Shown: piece by piece, positions 41,934-52,875 of the stretch | Position numbering within the stretch: position 1 is the stretch's first letter | Layout of the letters: every line of letters begins with the position of its first letter | Source: Promethearchaeota archaeon | Lineage (GTDB): Archaea > Asgardarchaeota > Lokiarchaeia > Sigyniarchaeales > SOKP01 | Length of the DNA stretch: 64,000 nucleotides | Assembly (NCBI GenBank): GCA_019058245.1 | Contig: JAHPZJ010000013.1 | Span: forward strand, 329,166-393,165 | Reading direction: 5' to 3' | Notes under the pieces: generated by a model | Told to the model about the DNA's origin: nothing | What the model saw: only the letters and a program-made list of their open reading frames with translations | The model's database searches: none | Position numbers and translations under genes: made by a program

Positions 41934-42196
41934 TTCACTGAAAAAAAAGAAACCATTTGATTTTTGATTATACATCAGAATTTTTTTTAACCCATATAAA
42001 AAGGGTATATATAAGAAATAATTGATAATCTTTATTTTGTTATTAATTATCGATAACAAATTTTTTTAAGAAAAATACTTTTTCCTTCATAAGATTATCA
42101 ATCGATTTGTTTGATCAAAGATATTAAAGAAAATATACTGCTTTTTTACAAAATTGCAAATCAATTTTTAAACAATATAGGGGATTCAAGATAATT

Positions 42197-42799
42197 ATGA
42201 GCGAAAATGTAGAAAAATATATTAAAAGAAAAGTCTATAAATCCACAAGTTCCAGGATTGCACAAAAATTTGTTGATGCAGGATTAGAAAAAATAAGAGC
42301 TTGTATAAATTGTGGAACCTGCACTGGAAGTTGTCCAAGTGGTCGTAGAACAGCATATAGGACTCGTTCTGCGATCCGTCGTGCGTTAACTGGCGATGAA
42401 TCAGTATTAAAAGATGTTGATATTTGGTTATGCAGTACTTGTTATTATTGCTATGAAAGATGCCCTCGAGATATTCCTGTAACTGATATGATTATTAAAC
42501 TTAGAAATATAGCTGTAGAAGAAGGTTATATTTTAGATCCTCATTTTAGTTTAGCTAAAAATATTTTCTATGCTACAGGGCATGGTGTTCCTGCTAATGG
42601 AGAAGGCAATAAAAAATGGAGAGATTTAAGGGAATCCTATGGGTTACCACCATTACCTCCAACTGTTCATTCGTATCCTGAAGCTGTTAAGGAATGCCAA
42701 GATTTAATGGATGCTGTAGGATTTAAAAAACTATTGGATAATGCAGAAAAATTAAAAGAAGAAAGGAAAAAAAAAGAGAATAAAGAAAAGGAGGAATAA
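42197..42799 (+). CDS. hdrC: Heterodisulfide reductase subunit C (copy 2)
   Basis: CINCGTCTGSCPSG, WLCSTCYYCYERCPR, GHGVP and PPTVH. Confidence 0.96.
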   Translation: MSENVEKYIKRKVYKSTSSRIAQKFVDAGLEKIRACINCGTCTGSCPSGRRTAYRTRSAIRRALTGDESVLKDVDIWLCSTCYYCYERCPRDIPVTDMIIKLRNIAVEEGYILDPHFSLAKNIFYATGHGVPANGEGNKKWRDLRESYGLPPLPPTVHSYPEAVKECQDLMDAVGFKKLLDNAEKLKEERKKKENKEKEE

Positions 42800-42801
42800 A
42801 T

Positions 42802-43752
42802 ATGAGTAAGGATTATAAATGGAGATATGGATTTTTCTTAGGATGTGTAATTCCCAATCGTTATCCTATGATTGAAGCTTCAATTAGAAATGTTTTTGAT
42901 CATCTTGGAGCTGAGATTTTAGACTTACCAGGAGCATCATGTTGTCCTGCTCCAGGCGTTTTTAGGGCTTTTCATATACCAACTTGGTATGTTATTGCGG
43001 CTAGAAATATCTCAATTGCAGAGGAATTAGAAGTAAGTCCTCTCACTGGTTGTAATGGTTGTTATGGGACCCTTAGAGATGCTTGGTATGAACTTGAACA
43101 TGAATATGAAAAGAAAAAAGAAGTTAATGAATATCTTGCAAAAATTGGTCGGAAATATACTGGTACTTTTGAACCAAAACATGTTGTTCAAGCATTATAT
43201 CTCGATATGGGCTTAGATTATTTGAAAGATTTCATTAAATTAAAGTTCTCAGATTTAAAGGTAGGTGTGCATTATGGATGCCACATCGTAAAACCAAGTG
43301 AAAAAAGACCTTGGAATGGAGAATATGAAGCTCCAGAATTTCTTGATGAGATTGTTGAAATAACAGGTGCAAAAAGTATAGATTATAAAGATAAATTTAT
43401 GTGTTGTGGTGCAGGAGGAGCAGTTAGAACTGCAGTAAAAGAAGTTGCAGCAGATTTTACACGAGAAAAATTAGTAAATATGAGAGATGCTGGGGTTGAT
43501 ATTATAGTAGATTGTTGTCCCTTTTGTCATCTTCAATTGGATTTAGGTCAAGTTGAAGTAAATAATTATTATGGAGATATTATTGGAGAACCATTCCATA
43601 TACCTGTTATATATATAACTCAACTATTAGGAGTTGCATTTGGAATGGATCCTAATTTATTAGGTTTAGTTAAAAACCATGAATTATCAGGTGTTTCACC
43701 TTTTATTTCTATTGACCCATTTTTGAATATAGTTAAAGACCAATTAATATAG
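42802..43752 (+). CDS. hdrB: Heterodisulfide reductase subunit B (copy 2)
   Basis: FLGCVIPNRYP, CCPAPG, CNGC, HYGCH, CCGAGG and CPFCHLQLD. Confidence 0.97.
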   Translation: MSKDYKWRYGFFLGCVIPNRYPMIEASIRNVFDHLGAEILDLPGASCCPAPGVFRAFHIPTWYVIAARNISIAEELEVSPLTGCNGCYGTLRDAWYELEHEYEKKKEVNEYLAKIGRKYTGTFEPKHVVQALYLDMGLDYLKDFIKLKFSDLKVGVHYGCHIVKPSEKRPWNGEYEAPEFLDEIVEITGAKSIDYKDKFMCCGAGGAVRTAVKEVAADFTREKLVNMRDAGVDIIVDCCPFCHLQLDLGQVEVNNYYGDIIGEPFHIPVIYITQLLGVAFGMDPNLLGLVKNHELSGVSPFISIDPFLNIVKDQLI

Positions 43753-45780
43753 GTGGAAAAAATGACAGAAACCAAGAAAAAAATTCAAGAAACTAAAAAA
43801 GAAATTATAGTTACTGGTAATGAAAGACCTAGGATTGGAGTTTACGTATGTCATTGTGGTATAAATATTGGTGGTGTTGTTTCAGTTCCAGATTTGGTAG
43901 AATATGCAAAAACTCTTCCAAACGTAGTATTGGCTAAAGAATACAAATTTATGTGTTCTGATAATGGTCAGAAAATGATCAAGGAAGATATTGAAGCAGG
44001 ATTAGTAAATAGAGTAATAGTTGCTGCATGCTCGCCAAGAATGCACGAACCTACTTTTAGAATTGCATGTAAGGAAGCTGGATTAAATCAGTTCTTATTT
44101 GAGATGGCAAACATTCGAGAGCATTCTACGTGGGTTCATATGAGAGAGCCAGAGGGTGCATTTGAGACTGCAAAAGATCACATTAGAATGGCTGTAGCAA
44201 AGGCACGAGAATTAGTCCCATTAGAAGTTCAGAAAGTAAAAGTTGAGCCATCTTGTTTAATCATTGGAGCAGGGATAGCAGGTATGAATGCTGCATTAGA
44301 TTTAGCTACAGAAGGGTATAAAGTATACTTAGTTGAAAAAAGTCCGACTATTGGTGGTCATATGGCACAACTTGATAAAACTTTCCCAACAATGGATTGT
44401 AGTAGCTGTATTCTTACACCTAAAATGTCTGAAATATCACGAGAGAAAAATATTGAACTTTTAACCTATTCTGAAGTTACAGAAGTTTCTGGGTATATCG
44501 GAAATTTTGATGTTACCATACTAAAGAAACCTCATTATGTAGATCAAGAAAAATGCACTGGATGTGGAGTATGTGTTGATTATTGTCCTGTGACTATTGG
44601 AAATGAATTCGATTTAGGAATGGCTACTCGAAAAGCAATATATATTCCATTTCCTCAAGCAGTTCCTGGACAATATACAATAGACATGGATCATTGTATA
44701 AAATGTGGAATTTGTGCTAGACAAGATGTATGTGAACCTGAAGCCATTAAATATGAAGATGAACCTGAATATATTAACATTAAAGTGGGTACAATAATCG
44801 TTACAACAGGTTGGGATTTATATGATCCAACAGAACTCAAACAATATGGATATGGAAGATATCCAAACGTGATTACAGGACTTCAAATGGAACGTTTATT
44901 AAGTTCTTTTGGACCCGTCACAGGTAAACCAGTAAGACCATCAGATCTTAAGGATCCTCATAGTATTGCATTTTTACAATGCGTTGGAAGCAGAAATTTT
45001 AGAGAAGGAGGGAATCAATACTGTTCTAGAGTGTGTTGTATGTATGCAACAAAACAAGCGAGACAATATAAGGAAAAGCACCCTGATGCAGAAATTTATA
45101 TTTTTTATATGGATATTCGAGCTTTTGGTAAAGGATATGAGGAATTCTACGAGTCTGCTGGTAGAAACTATGGAATTAGTTATATGAGAGGTAGAATTGC
45201 AGAAGTAACTGAAGATGAAGAACACAATATTATTATTCGATCTGAAGATACTTTACTTCAGCAACCTATTGAATTAAAAGTTGACTTGTTCGTACTATCA
45301 TGTGGAATAGAACCACGAGCAGATGCAGATATAATCACTTCTCTTTTAAGAATTCAAAGATCTGCAGATGGATTCTTTTTAGAAGCACATCCAAAATTAA
45401 GACCAGTTGATACTTTAACGGAGGGTATTTTTATTGCTGGTGTCGCTCAAGGTCCTAAGGATATTCCTGATTCGGTAGCTCAAGCAAAAGGAGCAGCATC
45501 AAGTGCCGCTGCTTTAATGGCTAAAGGAGAGGTTGAAATAGAACCTTTCTTCGGTGTTGTTCAGCCTGAAAGATGTATTGGATGTGGGATGTGTGTTGAG
45601 AATTGTGCCTATGGAGCAATTGAACTTGTTGAAGATCGACGGTTTGGTACCGTAGCTAAAATAAATGAAGCACTCTGTAAAGGATGTGGGGCTTGCTCTG
45701 GAAATTGCAGATGTTCAGCAATAGATATCAAAGGATTTACAGCTGAACAAATTTATTCAATAATCACAGATAGATTATAG
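43753..45780 (+). CDS. hdrA: Heterodisulfide reductase subunit A (copy 2; start may be the ATG at 43762)
   Basis: IGVYVCHCG, AACSP, GAGIAG, LDKTFPTMDCSSC, QCVGSRN, YCSRVCC and ferredoxin motifs. Confidence 0.97.
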   Translation: MEKMTETKKKIQETKKEIIVTGNERPRIGVYVCHCGINIGGVVSVPDLVEYAKTLPNVVLAKEYKFMCSDNGQKMIKEDIEAGLVNRVIVAACSPRMHEPTFRIACKEAGLNQFLFEMANIREHSTWVHMREPEGAFETAKDHIRMAVAKARELVPLEVQKVKVEPSCLIIGAGIAGMNAALDLATEGYKVYLVEKSPTIGGHMAQLDKTFPTMDCSSCILTPKMSEISREKNIELLTYSEVTEVSGYIGNFDVTILKKPHYVDQEKCTGCGVCVDYCPVTIGNEFDLGMATRKAIYIPFPQAVPGQYTIDMDHCIKCGICARQDVCEPEAIKYEDEPEYINIKVGTIIVTTGWDLYDPTELKQYGYGRYPNVITGLQMERLLSSFGPVTGKPVRPSDLKDPHSIAFLQCVGSRNFREGGNQYCSRVCCMYATKQARQYKEKHPDAEIYIFYMDIRAFGKGYEEFYESAGRNYGISYMRGRIAEVTEDEEHNIIIRSEDTLLQQPIELKVDLFVLSCGIEPRADADIITSLLRIQRSADGFFLEAHPKLRPVDTLTEGIFIAGVAQGPKDIPDSVAQAKGAASSAAALMAKGEVEIEPFFGVVQPERCIGCGMCVENCAYGAIELVEDRRFGTVAKINEALCKGCGACSGNCRCSAIDIKGFTAEQIYSIITDRL

Positions 45781-45796
45781 AATTTAAGAATAAGTC

Positions 45797-45805
45797 TTTT
45801 TTTTT
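45797..45805 (+). terminator. Probable oligo-U terminator of hdrCBA copy 2
   Basis: T9 run 16 nt after the hdrA stop, followed by a long intergenic region. Confidence 0.4.
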
Positions 45806-46282
45806 GTTATACCAAAATTTTCAAATTTTGAGCTATATATTGATTAATTGATTCAAATATTAATAATTATTTTTCGAAAGCCAATTTTAAGTCTATAATT
45901 GATTAATATATTTTGATTGGTATTCAGGGGAATGATTACACTAATATCTTTCTATTAGAAATGTATGATTAAATATAATTCAAAATGTCGTTGAAAATCC
46001 ATAAATCCTAGAATATCAGAAAGATTTCTTTAAGATATTATTGTGCAAATATTCTTTTTTATATTAAATTCTATTAAATTAATTATTTCTAAAGTATTTT
46101 TCAAATCATTATTTAAGAGTCAGGAAATTAATTAACACATGGATATAAAAAGGAATGTAATTGTTTATAATTTGATAGTACCCTTACCCCACAATTTTAT
46201 TCTTTGGAGCTATCTTATAGGATTTTAGGGGATAATTTCAAAGAATAAATATTGTGCTATGAGATAATTTATCTAATAACTG

Positions 46283-47473
46283 GTGGTTGATATTATAAAT
46301 AAAAGTATTTTTTTCGAAGAAGAGATTGAAAAAAGTTTCAGAATTGAGATAGTTTGTCCAGTTTGCAAAAAATATGGACAGGTTGATGTACCTAAAAATA
46401 TTTTAAAAAAAGAAGGAATAACAACAATATCAATTCCAAGTAATTCTTTGTGTGAACATAATTTTCAAGTCTTTTTAGATCCACATAATGCCGTTCGTGG
46501 ATATCAGAGAGTTGATTTTGAAATTGAAGCGAGTAGTTCTAATTCAACTGAGTTCACTTGTTTGATGTGTGGTGCTGAAGTTAGATTTAATATTAATGAT
46601 GAGAACTCATATCTTAAAAAACAAGAGAACGAGAAATTCTTTGGTAAAGAGACATGTTCATATGAAGTTGCCCATTACTTTAAAGATGAATTACATGTAA
46701 ATAATGTTCTCGTTGAAAATGATGGTCGATTCCAAGATTATCTGAATACATATAAAGTAAAACTTGAAAATTATAAGACTGTAGAAGATAAGACTCAAAA
46801 ATTATATAAATTAAGTAATATAAGTCAAAAACCATTAGAATCACATCCTATCTTTAATATCTTTCTAATTTTCAATACATTTAATAATTGGGTATCTGAG
46901 CTTGTAACACCATCTCAAATTAATATAATGGAATTAATAAATCTCATTGATGCTAAAATGCAAGAAACACGAAAAGTATATTCCACTTTACCTGAATACT
47001 TGAATATTTCAATAGCGGAACGAGACTTTCACATCTGGAATTCTGGTGATAATTTCATCTGTCTTAATTTAAATGAAGAAATTTCAGAGATTCCGTGGTT
47101 AATTAAATTAATCTCAAATCTGAATAGTCAAATTAATTCTGATGCACAATTAATTTCAAAAAGCCCTAGAATTTTATTGATATCAGAGTTTTTGAATCAT
47201 TCGAATATCGATAAAAAGAAAGAAGCTTTAATAGATCGGTTAATATTTGATGATCTACTTTATTCGAAGATTGAGATTAGATATAAAGACAGAATACCTC
47301 GAATTATAGAAAAAGTAAGTCCTATGTTTTCTATTGATCAAGAATATTTAGTTTCATACTTTAATACAAATCTTAGTACCATAGAATTTTTAAGAAGCAC
47401 AGGTAGTATTGATTCATTTGAGAAACTTTTAAAAGTTATTGATTTTGTAAATAGGAGAAATTTACTCATGTAA
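46283..47473 (+). CDS. Hypothetical protein with two N-terminal zinc-ribbon-like modules
   Basis: CPVC...CEH and CLMC...H...H. The rest is not recognised. Confidence 0.75.
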   Translation: MVDIINKSIFFEEEIEKSFRIEIVCPVCKKYGQVDVPKNILKKEGITTISIPSNSLCEHNFQVFLDPHNAVRGYQRVDFEIEASSSNSTEFTCLMCGAEVRFNINDENSYLKKQENEKFFGKETCSYEVAHYFKDELHVNNVLVENDGRFQDYLNTYKVKLENYKTVEDKTQKLYKLSNISQKPLESHPIFNIFLIFNTFNNWVSELVTPSQINIMELINLIDAKMQETRKVYSTLPEYLNISIAERDFHIWNSGDNFICLNLNEEISEIPWLIKLISNLNSQINSDAQLISKSPRILLISEFLNHSNIDKKKEALIDRLIFDDLLYSKIEIRYKDRIPRIIEKVSPMFSIDQEYLVSYFNTNLSTIEFLRSTGSIDSFEKLLKVIDFVNRRNLLM

Positions 47474-47571
47474 AATGATATTTGTTTAGTTAAAAATGGA
47501 CTATTAAATAATTATTAAAATTTGAATTGAGAAAAATTTATAAAAAAACAGAAAAGGAGGGAAAAATAATA

Positions 47572-48615
47572 ATGGCAAATTTAGGTAAACGTATAAATGC
47601 ATGGAAAAATCTAATGAAAATAGGATCATTGAGAAAATTCTTAAAACAATTTAGTAAATATTGGCGAGACATTGTAATAGTAGGATTGAAAGATAATTTT
47701 CTTAATTTCCTCCAACATCCACATACATTCTCGGAAATTAAAGAACAATTTAAAGTAACAGATGATAATTTTCTTTATCTTTTATTAGATACTCTTTTAA
47801 GTGATAATACAATTGAAAAAACTAATTATGGATTCTTATTAAAGAAGTCCTTAGATTTTGAAATTGTAGCTCCAAGTATTCAAAATGAATCACTCTGTGA
47901 TTTAATGGAGAGTATGGCAAAAGCTATTTTTAATCGCCTTTTTCATGAATTTCATGACATATCATCTGGATTCAATTTATTTGTTTTTGATGATGCTTTA
48001 CATCTAAAAATATATGATACTGTACGTCGTGCATCAGTTTCATTTGTTCCTAATTCTTTAAAAAATCCTGGAATGTTTCTTGATTTAGGATGTGGAAGTG
48101 GAGCTGAAACAGCAGATTTATGGGTTCAAATGATGGAGAAATGCAAATTTAAACCTAAAAATGGCTTTAAACTAATAGGTGTAGATATCAATGACAATTT
48201 TATAGATATTGCAAACAATGAGTTTTATGAAGTTTTAAAAGATTTTACAGATCTATCAGAGGAAGCTTATTTAGATCTAAAACCATATCATCCTGAATTT
48301 AAGACGGGAACAGCAACCAAGATTCCATATCCTGATAATTATTTTGATTATATTTATACTTCACAAGTACTACACTGGACAAATTTAAAATCTTCTTTAA
48401 AGGAAATATATCGTTGTTTAAAACCTGGAGGTATATATTTCGGAACAAATGCGTTAATTCCACATGCAAATCCTTATTTAAATCTAATATTACACACTAT
48501 TGAAGGAGCTAGAGGATTTTTTTCTAAAGAGGAATTTATAACAGAGGCAAAACAGGAAGGTTTTACTGATTTCAGGTTCGTTACTCCAAGTACGGTATTT
48601 AAATTTAAAAAATAA
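47572..48615 (+). CDS. Class I SAM-dependent methyltransferase with N-terminal helical/wHTH-like domain
   Basis: FLDLGCGSG, IGVDIN, IPYPDNYFD, LHW and RCLKPGG. RBS aaggagg before the ATG at 47572. Confidence 0.9.
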   Translation: MANLGKRINAWKNLMKIGSLRKFLKQFSKYWRDIVIVGLKDNFLNFLQHPHTFSEIKEQFKVTDDNFLYLLLDTLLSDNTIEKTNYGFLLKKSLDFEIVAPSIQNESLCDLMESMAKAIFNRLFHEFHDISSGFNLFVFDDALHLKIYDTVRRASVSFVPNSLKNPGMFLDLGCGSGAETADLWVQMMEKCKFKPKNGFKLIGVDINDNFIDIANNEFYEVLKDFTDLSEEAYLDLKPYHPEFKTGTATKIPYPDNYFDYIYTSQVLHWTNLKSSLKEIYRCLKPGGIYFGTNALIPHANPYLNLILHTIEGARGFFSKEEFITEAKQEGFTDFRFVTPSTVFKFKK

Positions 48616-48619
48616 TACC

Positions 48620-48633
48620 TTTTTTTTTTTTTT
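48620..48633 (+). terminator. Oligo-U terminator
   Basis: T14 run immediately after the methyltransferase stop. Confidence 0.55.
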
Positions 48634-48938
48634 ATCTACAAAAATTAATCATTTAGAAAAGTATTACTAAAAAAGTTCAATTTACTTAAAGAATATCAAA
48701 TTTGAAATAGTTAGATTAATTAACAAAGAAAATACTATAGGTGCGTTAAAATTTTATAGCTAAAAATTTACAAATTTTAATTTTGATTAACAATGAAAAA
48801 TAGCTTTTAATTTTCTTCAAATAGGTTTGTATGACATTCATTTTTATAGTTAGTTTTTTATATAAAAGCGCAAGTTAACAAAATTTATTTAACTCATATA
48901 TCCTTAAAACTCATTAATACTCATATTCCTAATAATTT

Positions 48939-49937
48939 GTGGGGGATTTTTTTAAATTGTTAAAAAATATTTACATAAGAGATTTAACTAAAGATGATTC
49001 TGAAAAGATAATTAATTTAATTAAAAAGGTTTATGGAAAGTTCTATTTTGAAGAAGAATATTATGATATTGATTTTATACAAAAAAAATTAAGAGAAAAG
49101 TACACCTACTGGAAAGGAGCTGTTTTAAATGATAAATTAATTGGACAGATGCTTTTTACTCTTGGTCATGGCGCAGGTTACCTAAAATTGACCATGACTG
49201 ATCCCGAATTCCAAGGAAAGAGAATTATCTCGCAAATGGGTTTAGAAATGATGAAAGTAAAAAAAAATATGAATTCCTCAATTTTTAAATGTGCCTATGC
49301 TATCATTACTGAGAACAATTTCCCTATGAAAAAAATTTTGAATAATTTTAATTTTAGATATCTAGGTCGAATTCCTTATCATGAAAACAACAAAGGGTTG
49401 ATAATTTTTGGTCGTGTTATGTATGATCTCAATTGGAAAATAATAAGACCACATTTAAAGCTAGGTCCTTTAATATACGAATCAATTCGATCTGCAGGTA
49501 TAAAAAGGATTATGTCTACCTCAAATTTGAATGATAATTCCCTTTTCCATATAAAGAATAACATCGAAATTTTTAGATCAAAAGTAAAATACGGTGATAC
49601 TAACATAGTCCAAATTCATAATAAAAAAAGAGAAAAAATTGCAGAATTCGTTGAGAATCAATATCAAAAATGTTGGTATGATTTTAGGTTTCTAAGAAAT
49701 AACTTAGATCTAGTAAGTAAAAAGAAAATAATTAATAAGGTGTTACAAGAATATTCACAAAACAAAAGTATAAACGCTATTTCATTTCCAATACATGTTG
49801 ATGATGTAATTAGCCAAAATATGTTAATAAATCTGGGAGCAAAATACTATGCTTATCTTCCATTTTATTTCAAGGATTATGATTCAATTTTACTTGGATT
49901 TTCAAAAATTGAAAAAAGAGGTGTATTTAGAAATTAG
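48939..49937 (+). CDS. GNAT-fold acetyltransferase-like protein (possibly a tandem GNAT)
   Basis: IRDLT.DD.E.I..L...VYG, MTDPEFQGKRI (acetyl-CoA motif A), N..M.K....NF...G.IP. Confidence 0.7.
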   Translation: MGDFFKLLKNIYIRDLTKDDSEKIINLIKKVYGKFYFEEEYYDIDFIQKKLREKYTYWKGAVLNDKLIGQMLFTLGHGAGYLKLTMTDPEFQGKRIISQMGLEMMKVKKNMNSSIFKCAYAIITENNFPMKKILNNFNFRYLGRIPYHENNKGLIIFGRVMYDLNWKIIRPHLKLGPLIYESIRSAGIKRIMSTSNLNDNSLFHIKNNIEIFRSKVKYGDTNIVQIHNKKREKIAEFVENQYQKCWYDFRFLRNNLDLVSKKKIINKVLQEYSQNKSINAISFPIHVDDVISQNMLINLGAKYYAYLPFYFKDYDSILLGFSKIEKRGVFRN

Positions 49938-49947
49938 AACAAAAATA

Positions 49948-51462
49948 ATGTATATTAAATCTCTTCCACCAAATTTAGGTTCTACTGAAGATTTCGCATT
50001 AGAAGTTTTGAATAATCCAAAATATGATGCATATCCTCAATATGTAAATAAAAATGATATCCAAAAAGCTTTTGATGAATTTGGGCATAAACTTAATCCA
50101 TTTAATTCCATGATTTATAGTAATAGTTTAAACTCTCCAAATATTGAAGGGCGTTTTTTATCTATAAATACTCCTGAAATTGATTCTATTATCATTGATG
50201 ACGCTATTACTGAAGAAAAACTTAGAGAAATTATTGATAGAGAAGATGATATCACTCATATAGGCTTAAGCGTATATGCTAGTAGATTAGAAAACGCCAT
50301 TAAAATAATTGAAATTATCAACAATGACTACCCTGAGCTAGAACTGTTTATAGGTGGTATTGGGGTTATATTTGAAAGAGTGAGTAGATTGGTTAAGAAA
50401 AACAACATCTGCCTAGGGAATGGTGTTGTTTGGTTAAGAAAAAAATTTAATTTATCTGAACTCAAAATAAAAGACTATAAGATTTCTACTGTAATCATGA
50501 ATACGCGGCTATTTCCTGTAAATTTTAAAACAGCTTATATGGTAACTCAAATTGGTTGTCCATATAGTTGTGATTTTTGTGTGACAGCGAAACAATTGCA
50601 ATATTCACCTTTTTCAAAATCAAAAGAGATTATAGAAAACTTAAGAAATTTATTAGAAATGGATCGAAGGGACAAAATTTTATATTTGTGTGAACCTAAT
50701 GCACTATTTCCGGAACGAGATTGGAATGAGGTTTTTAATTATTTCATGAATTATAAGGGCAGTTATGATAATTATTTGTATATTTTTTGTCTGATTTCAT
50801 TAAATCATTTATGTAATTTTAACCTCAGAAGAATACAAGAAAAATGTAGAGTTAAATTTCTTATGGTAAATTTCGGTATAGAATCAACACTTGAAGGAGG
50901 TTATGAAAAAAATTACGGGATCTCTAAAGATTTCGTGAAAGGTTTGTCTGATATGGGAATTACTACAAACCATAATTTTATTATTGGATTACCTCATCAT
51001 ACAACTAAAAATATTGATTTAGAAATTAAAGGAAACTTGGAGTATAATTCTAATTTATATTTCATCTCAACACTTAAAGCTGTACCTCGAACTTATTTAT
51101 ACGAACTCCTTAAGAAAGAGGGAAGGATTTTTGGAGATGATTTACCTGCTGAATTAGTATACCAAGATGGATTTCTTAATTTTAATCATAAAGCACTTGG
51201 AGGAGGATTTTCTGTACTAAAATATGCATTTAAAGCATATCATCAGGTTGAAAAAAAAGTTATCGACGTATATTCAAATATGGCTGACACCTTATTAAAT
51301 TCTCCTTTAGCAAATAAATCATCTATTTTAAAAAAAACAATTAATGTATTATTAAATCTTAGTGCTCATAACTTTAACCTATTTAAACCGAGAATGCCTA
51401 AAGATCTTTCTAATATTTATCGTGCTAAAATCCGGATGTTAACCCAAAAAAATATTCAATGA
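49948..51462 (+). CDS. Radical SAM protein with N-terminal B12-binding-like domain (start uncertain: 49921 or 49948)
   Basis: HIGLS...LFIGG Rossmann-like segment, GCPYSCDFC, NFGIES and NFIIGLP. Confidence 0.85.
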   Translation: MYIKSLPPNLGSTEDFALEVLNNPKYDAYPQYVNKNDIQKAFDEFGHKLNPFNSMIYSNSLNSPNIEGRFLSINTPEIDSIIIDDAITEEKLREIIDREDDITHIGLSVYASRLENAIKIIEIINNDYPELELFIGGIGVIFERVSRLVKKNNICLGNGVVWLRKKFNLSELKIKDYKISTVIMNTRLFPVNFKTAYMVTQIGCPYSCDFCVTAKQLQYSPFSKSKEIIENLRNLLEMDRRDKILYLCEPNALFPERDWNEVFNYFMNYKGSYDNYLYIFCLISLNHLCNFNLRRIQEKCRVKFLMVNFGIESTLEGGYEKNYGISKDFVKGLSDMGITTNHNFIIGLPHHTTKNIDLEIKGNLEYNSNLYFISTLKAVPRTYLYELLKKEGRIFGDDLPAELVYQDGFLNFNHKALGGGFSVLKYAFKAYHQVEKKVIDVYSNMADTLLNSPLANKSSILKKTINVLLNLSAHNFNLFKPRMPKDLSNIYRAKIRMLTQKNIQ

Positions 51463-51471
51463 ATTTGTAGT

Positions 51472-52536
51472 TCACTTTAAATATATAGAATTATCAAATT
51501 CCTCAAATTCAATTTTTAATTCATTAAAAATTATTTTTAGAATATTGTATTCTGTTGTATTTTTTTCTATAAGTAACTGGAAAGATAATTTTGATTTATC
51601 AATTAGATTAATCCATCTAAATTTTCTAAATAATTCTAACAATTTAATTCTAAATTTTCTTGGTGGTATCCATTTGTTTAAATCATCAATTATTTCTCTT
51701 ATTAAAATTAAACCATCATCAATATTTTTAAACGCTATTATTGGCAATTTAGAATTATTAATTCTTATCCATAAGTGTAAATCATCCTCATCCTCTAAGA
51801 TCTTATTAAAATTTGTAAAATATGCTGTATTATACTCAAAAAGTTTTTCTCTCTCCTCTAAAGCAGCTTCATTTAATTTGAATAAATCAGTCATTTCAAA
51901 ATCTATTCTAGTATAATTATTTGAATGAGATACTTTATCAATTTTCATACCTATAAATCCAAAGACCCCAGCAATAAATTTAGAAAAATCATAATGCATT
52001 TCAGGATAAATTCCAAAATATTGAAATATGTACTTATTTCCACTAAGTTCAATCGTTACATCTTTGGTGATATTGTTTCTTATCATGAAGTTCTTGAATC
52101 TATTTAAAGTTATTATAGCTTCTTCTTCGTTAATAGTTTTTCCACCAGTGAAAAAATTGTGATACAACATAAATACATTTAGCAATTTTTTCAGATCAAG
52201 CTTTTTATACTTATCATTTCCAACAATTAATTCATAATACACAGTTAAAGCTCTAAATGTAATTTTCTCATAAAATGATTTCACTTTAGTATCGACTGCA
52301 AGCTCTAAATCTTCGAAAGTTTTACCTTTTAAAAAGAGGTTCATTATTTTTTCTAAAACCTTGGTTATAAACGAAGAATATGATTTTATATTATCATTAA
52401 TTGCATTGCCTTTTTCTTTCTGTCGTTCTTCTTCGTATTTTAAATACCTTTTAATCCAGTCATCAAGATATTCAGGTAAAGTAATAGATCTTCTTATCTT
52501 TTTCTTAGATAATCTTCTTGGTTTTGGAATTGGCAT
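51472..52536 (-). CDS. Hypothetical protein with N-terminal ribbon-helix-helix-like DNA-binding domain
   Basis: IRRSITLPEYLDDWIKRYL...SYSSFITKVLEK has a beta-helix-helix pattern. Confidence 0.65.
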   Translation of the reverse strand: MPIPKPRRLSKKKIRRSITLPEYLDDWIKRYLKYEEERQKEKGNAINDNIKSYSSFITKVLEKIMNLFLKGKTFEDLELAVDTKVKSFYEKITFRALTVYYELIVGNDKYKKLDLKKLLNVFMLYHNFFTGGKTINEEEAIITLNRFKNFMIRNNITKDVTIELSGNKYIFQYFGIYPEMHYDFSKFIAGVFGFIGMKIDKVSHSNNYTRIDFEMTDLFKLNEAALEEREKLFEYNTAYFTNFNKILEDEDDLHLWIRINNSKLPIIAFKNIDDGLILIREIIDDLNKWIPPRKFRIKLLELFRKFRWINLIDKSKLSFQLLIEKNTTEYNILKIIFNELKIEFEEFDNSIYLK

Positions 52537-52582
52537 AAATACTCAAAAAAATGCAATTATTAAGAAATATATCCTATATTAT

Positions 52583-52875
52583 TAAATCGAATTAATTATT
52601 AATAAATAAATCGTTGATTAGAATTACTAATTTCCCAAGATGAAATAAACGTAGTAAAATCCATAGATGAATTAAAGGAGATAGTTATTAAAAAAATAAA
52701 AAATTTTGGGTATAGAAAAAATCATTCTATTTCTTTATTTTAAGAAAGTTTTTTAACCAATTATTTAAAGATTAAGTGTTAATCCTTCTTATCCTATATC
52801 CAGAATCTTTTATATGAGAATTCATAAAAAGATTCTACAATATTAGTGTGATAACTAATAAATCGAATTAATTAT
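52583..52875. repeat. 17-bp perfect direct repeat (TAAATCGAATTAATTAT at 52583 and 52859) enclosing a 35-nt inverted repeat (52802-52836)
   Basis: Read directly. The inverted repeat is AGAATCTTTT-A-TATGA-GAAT-TCATA-AAAAGATTCT. Confidence 0.6.

Noticed and set aside
45781-46282. 500-nt gap after hdrA copy 2 as a hidden mvhD or vhuU, or a pseudogene
   Set aside because: No Cys/Sec-motif ORF or convincing homology was found by eye.
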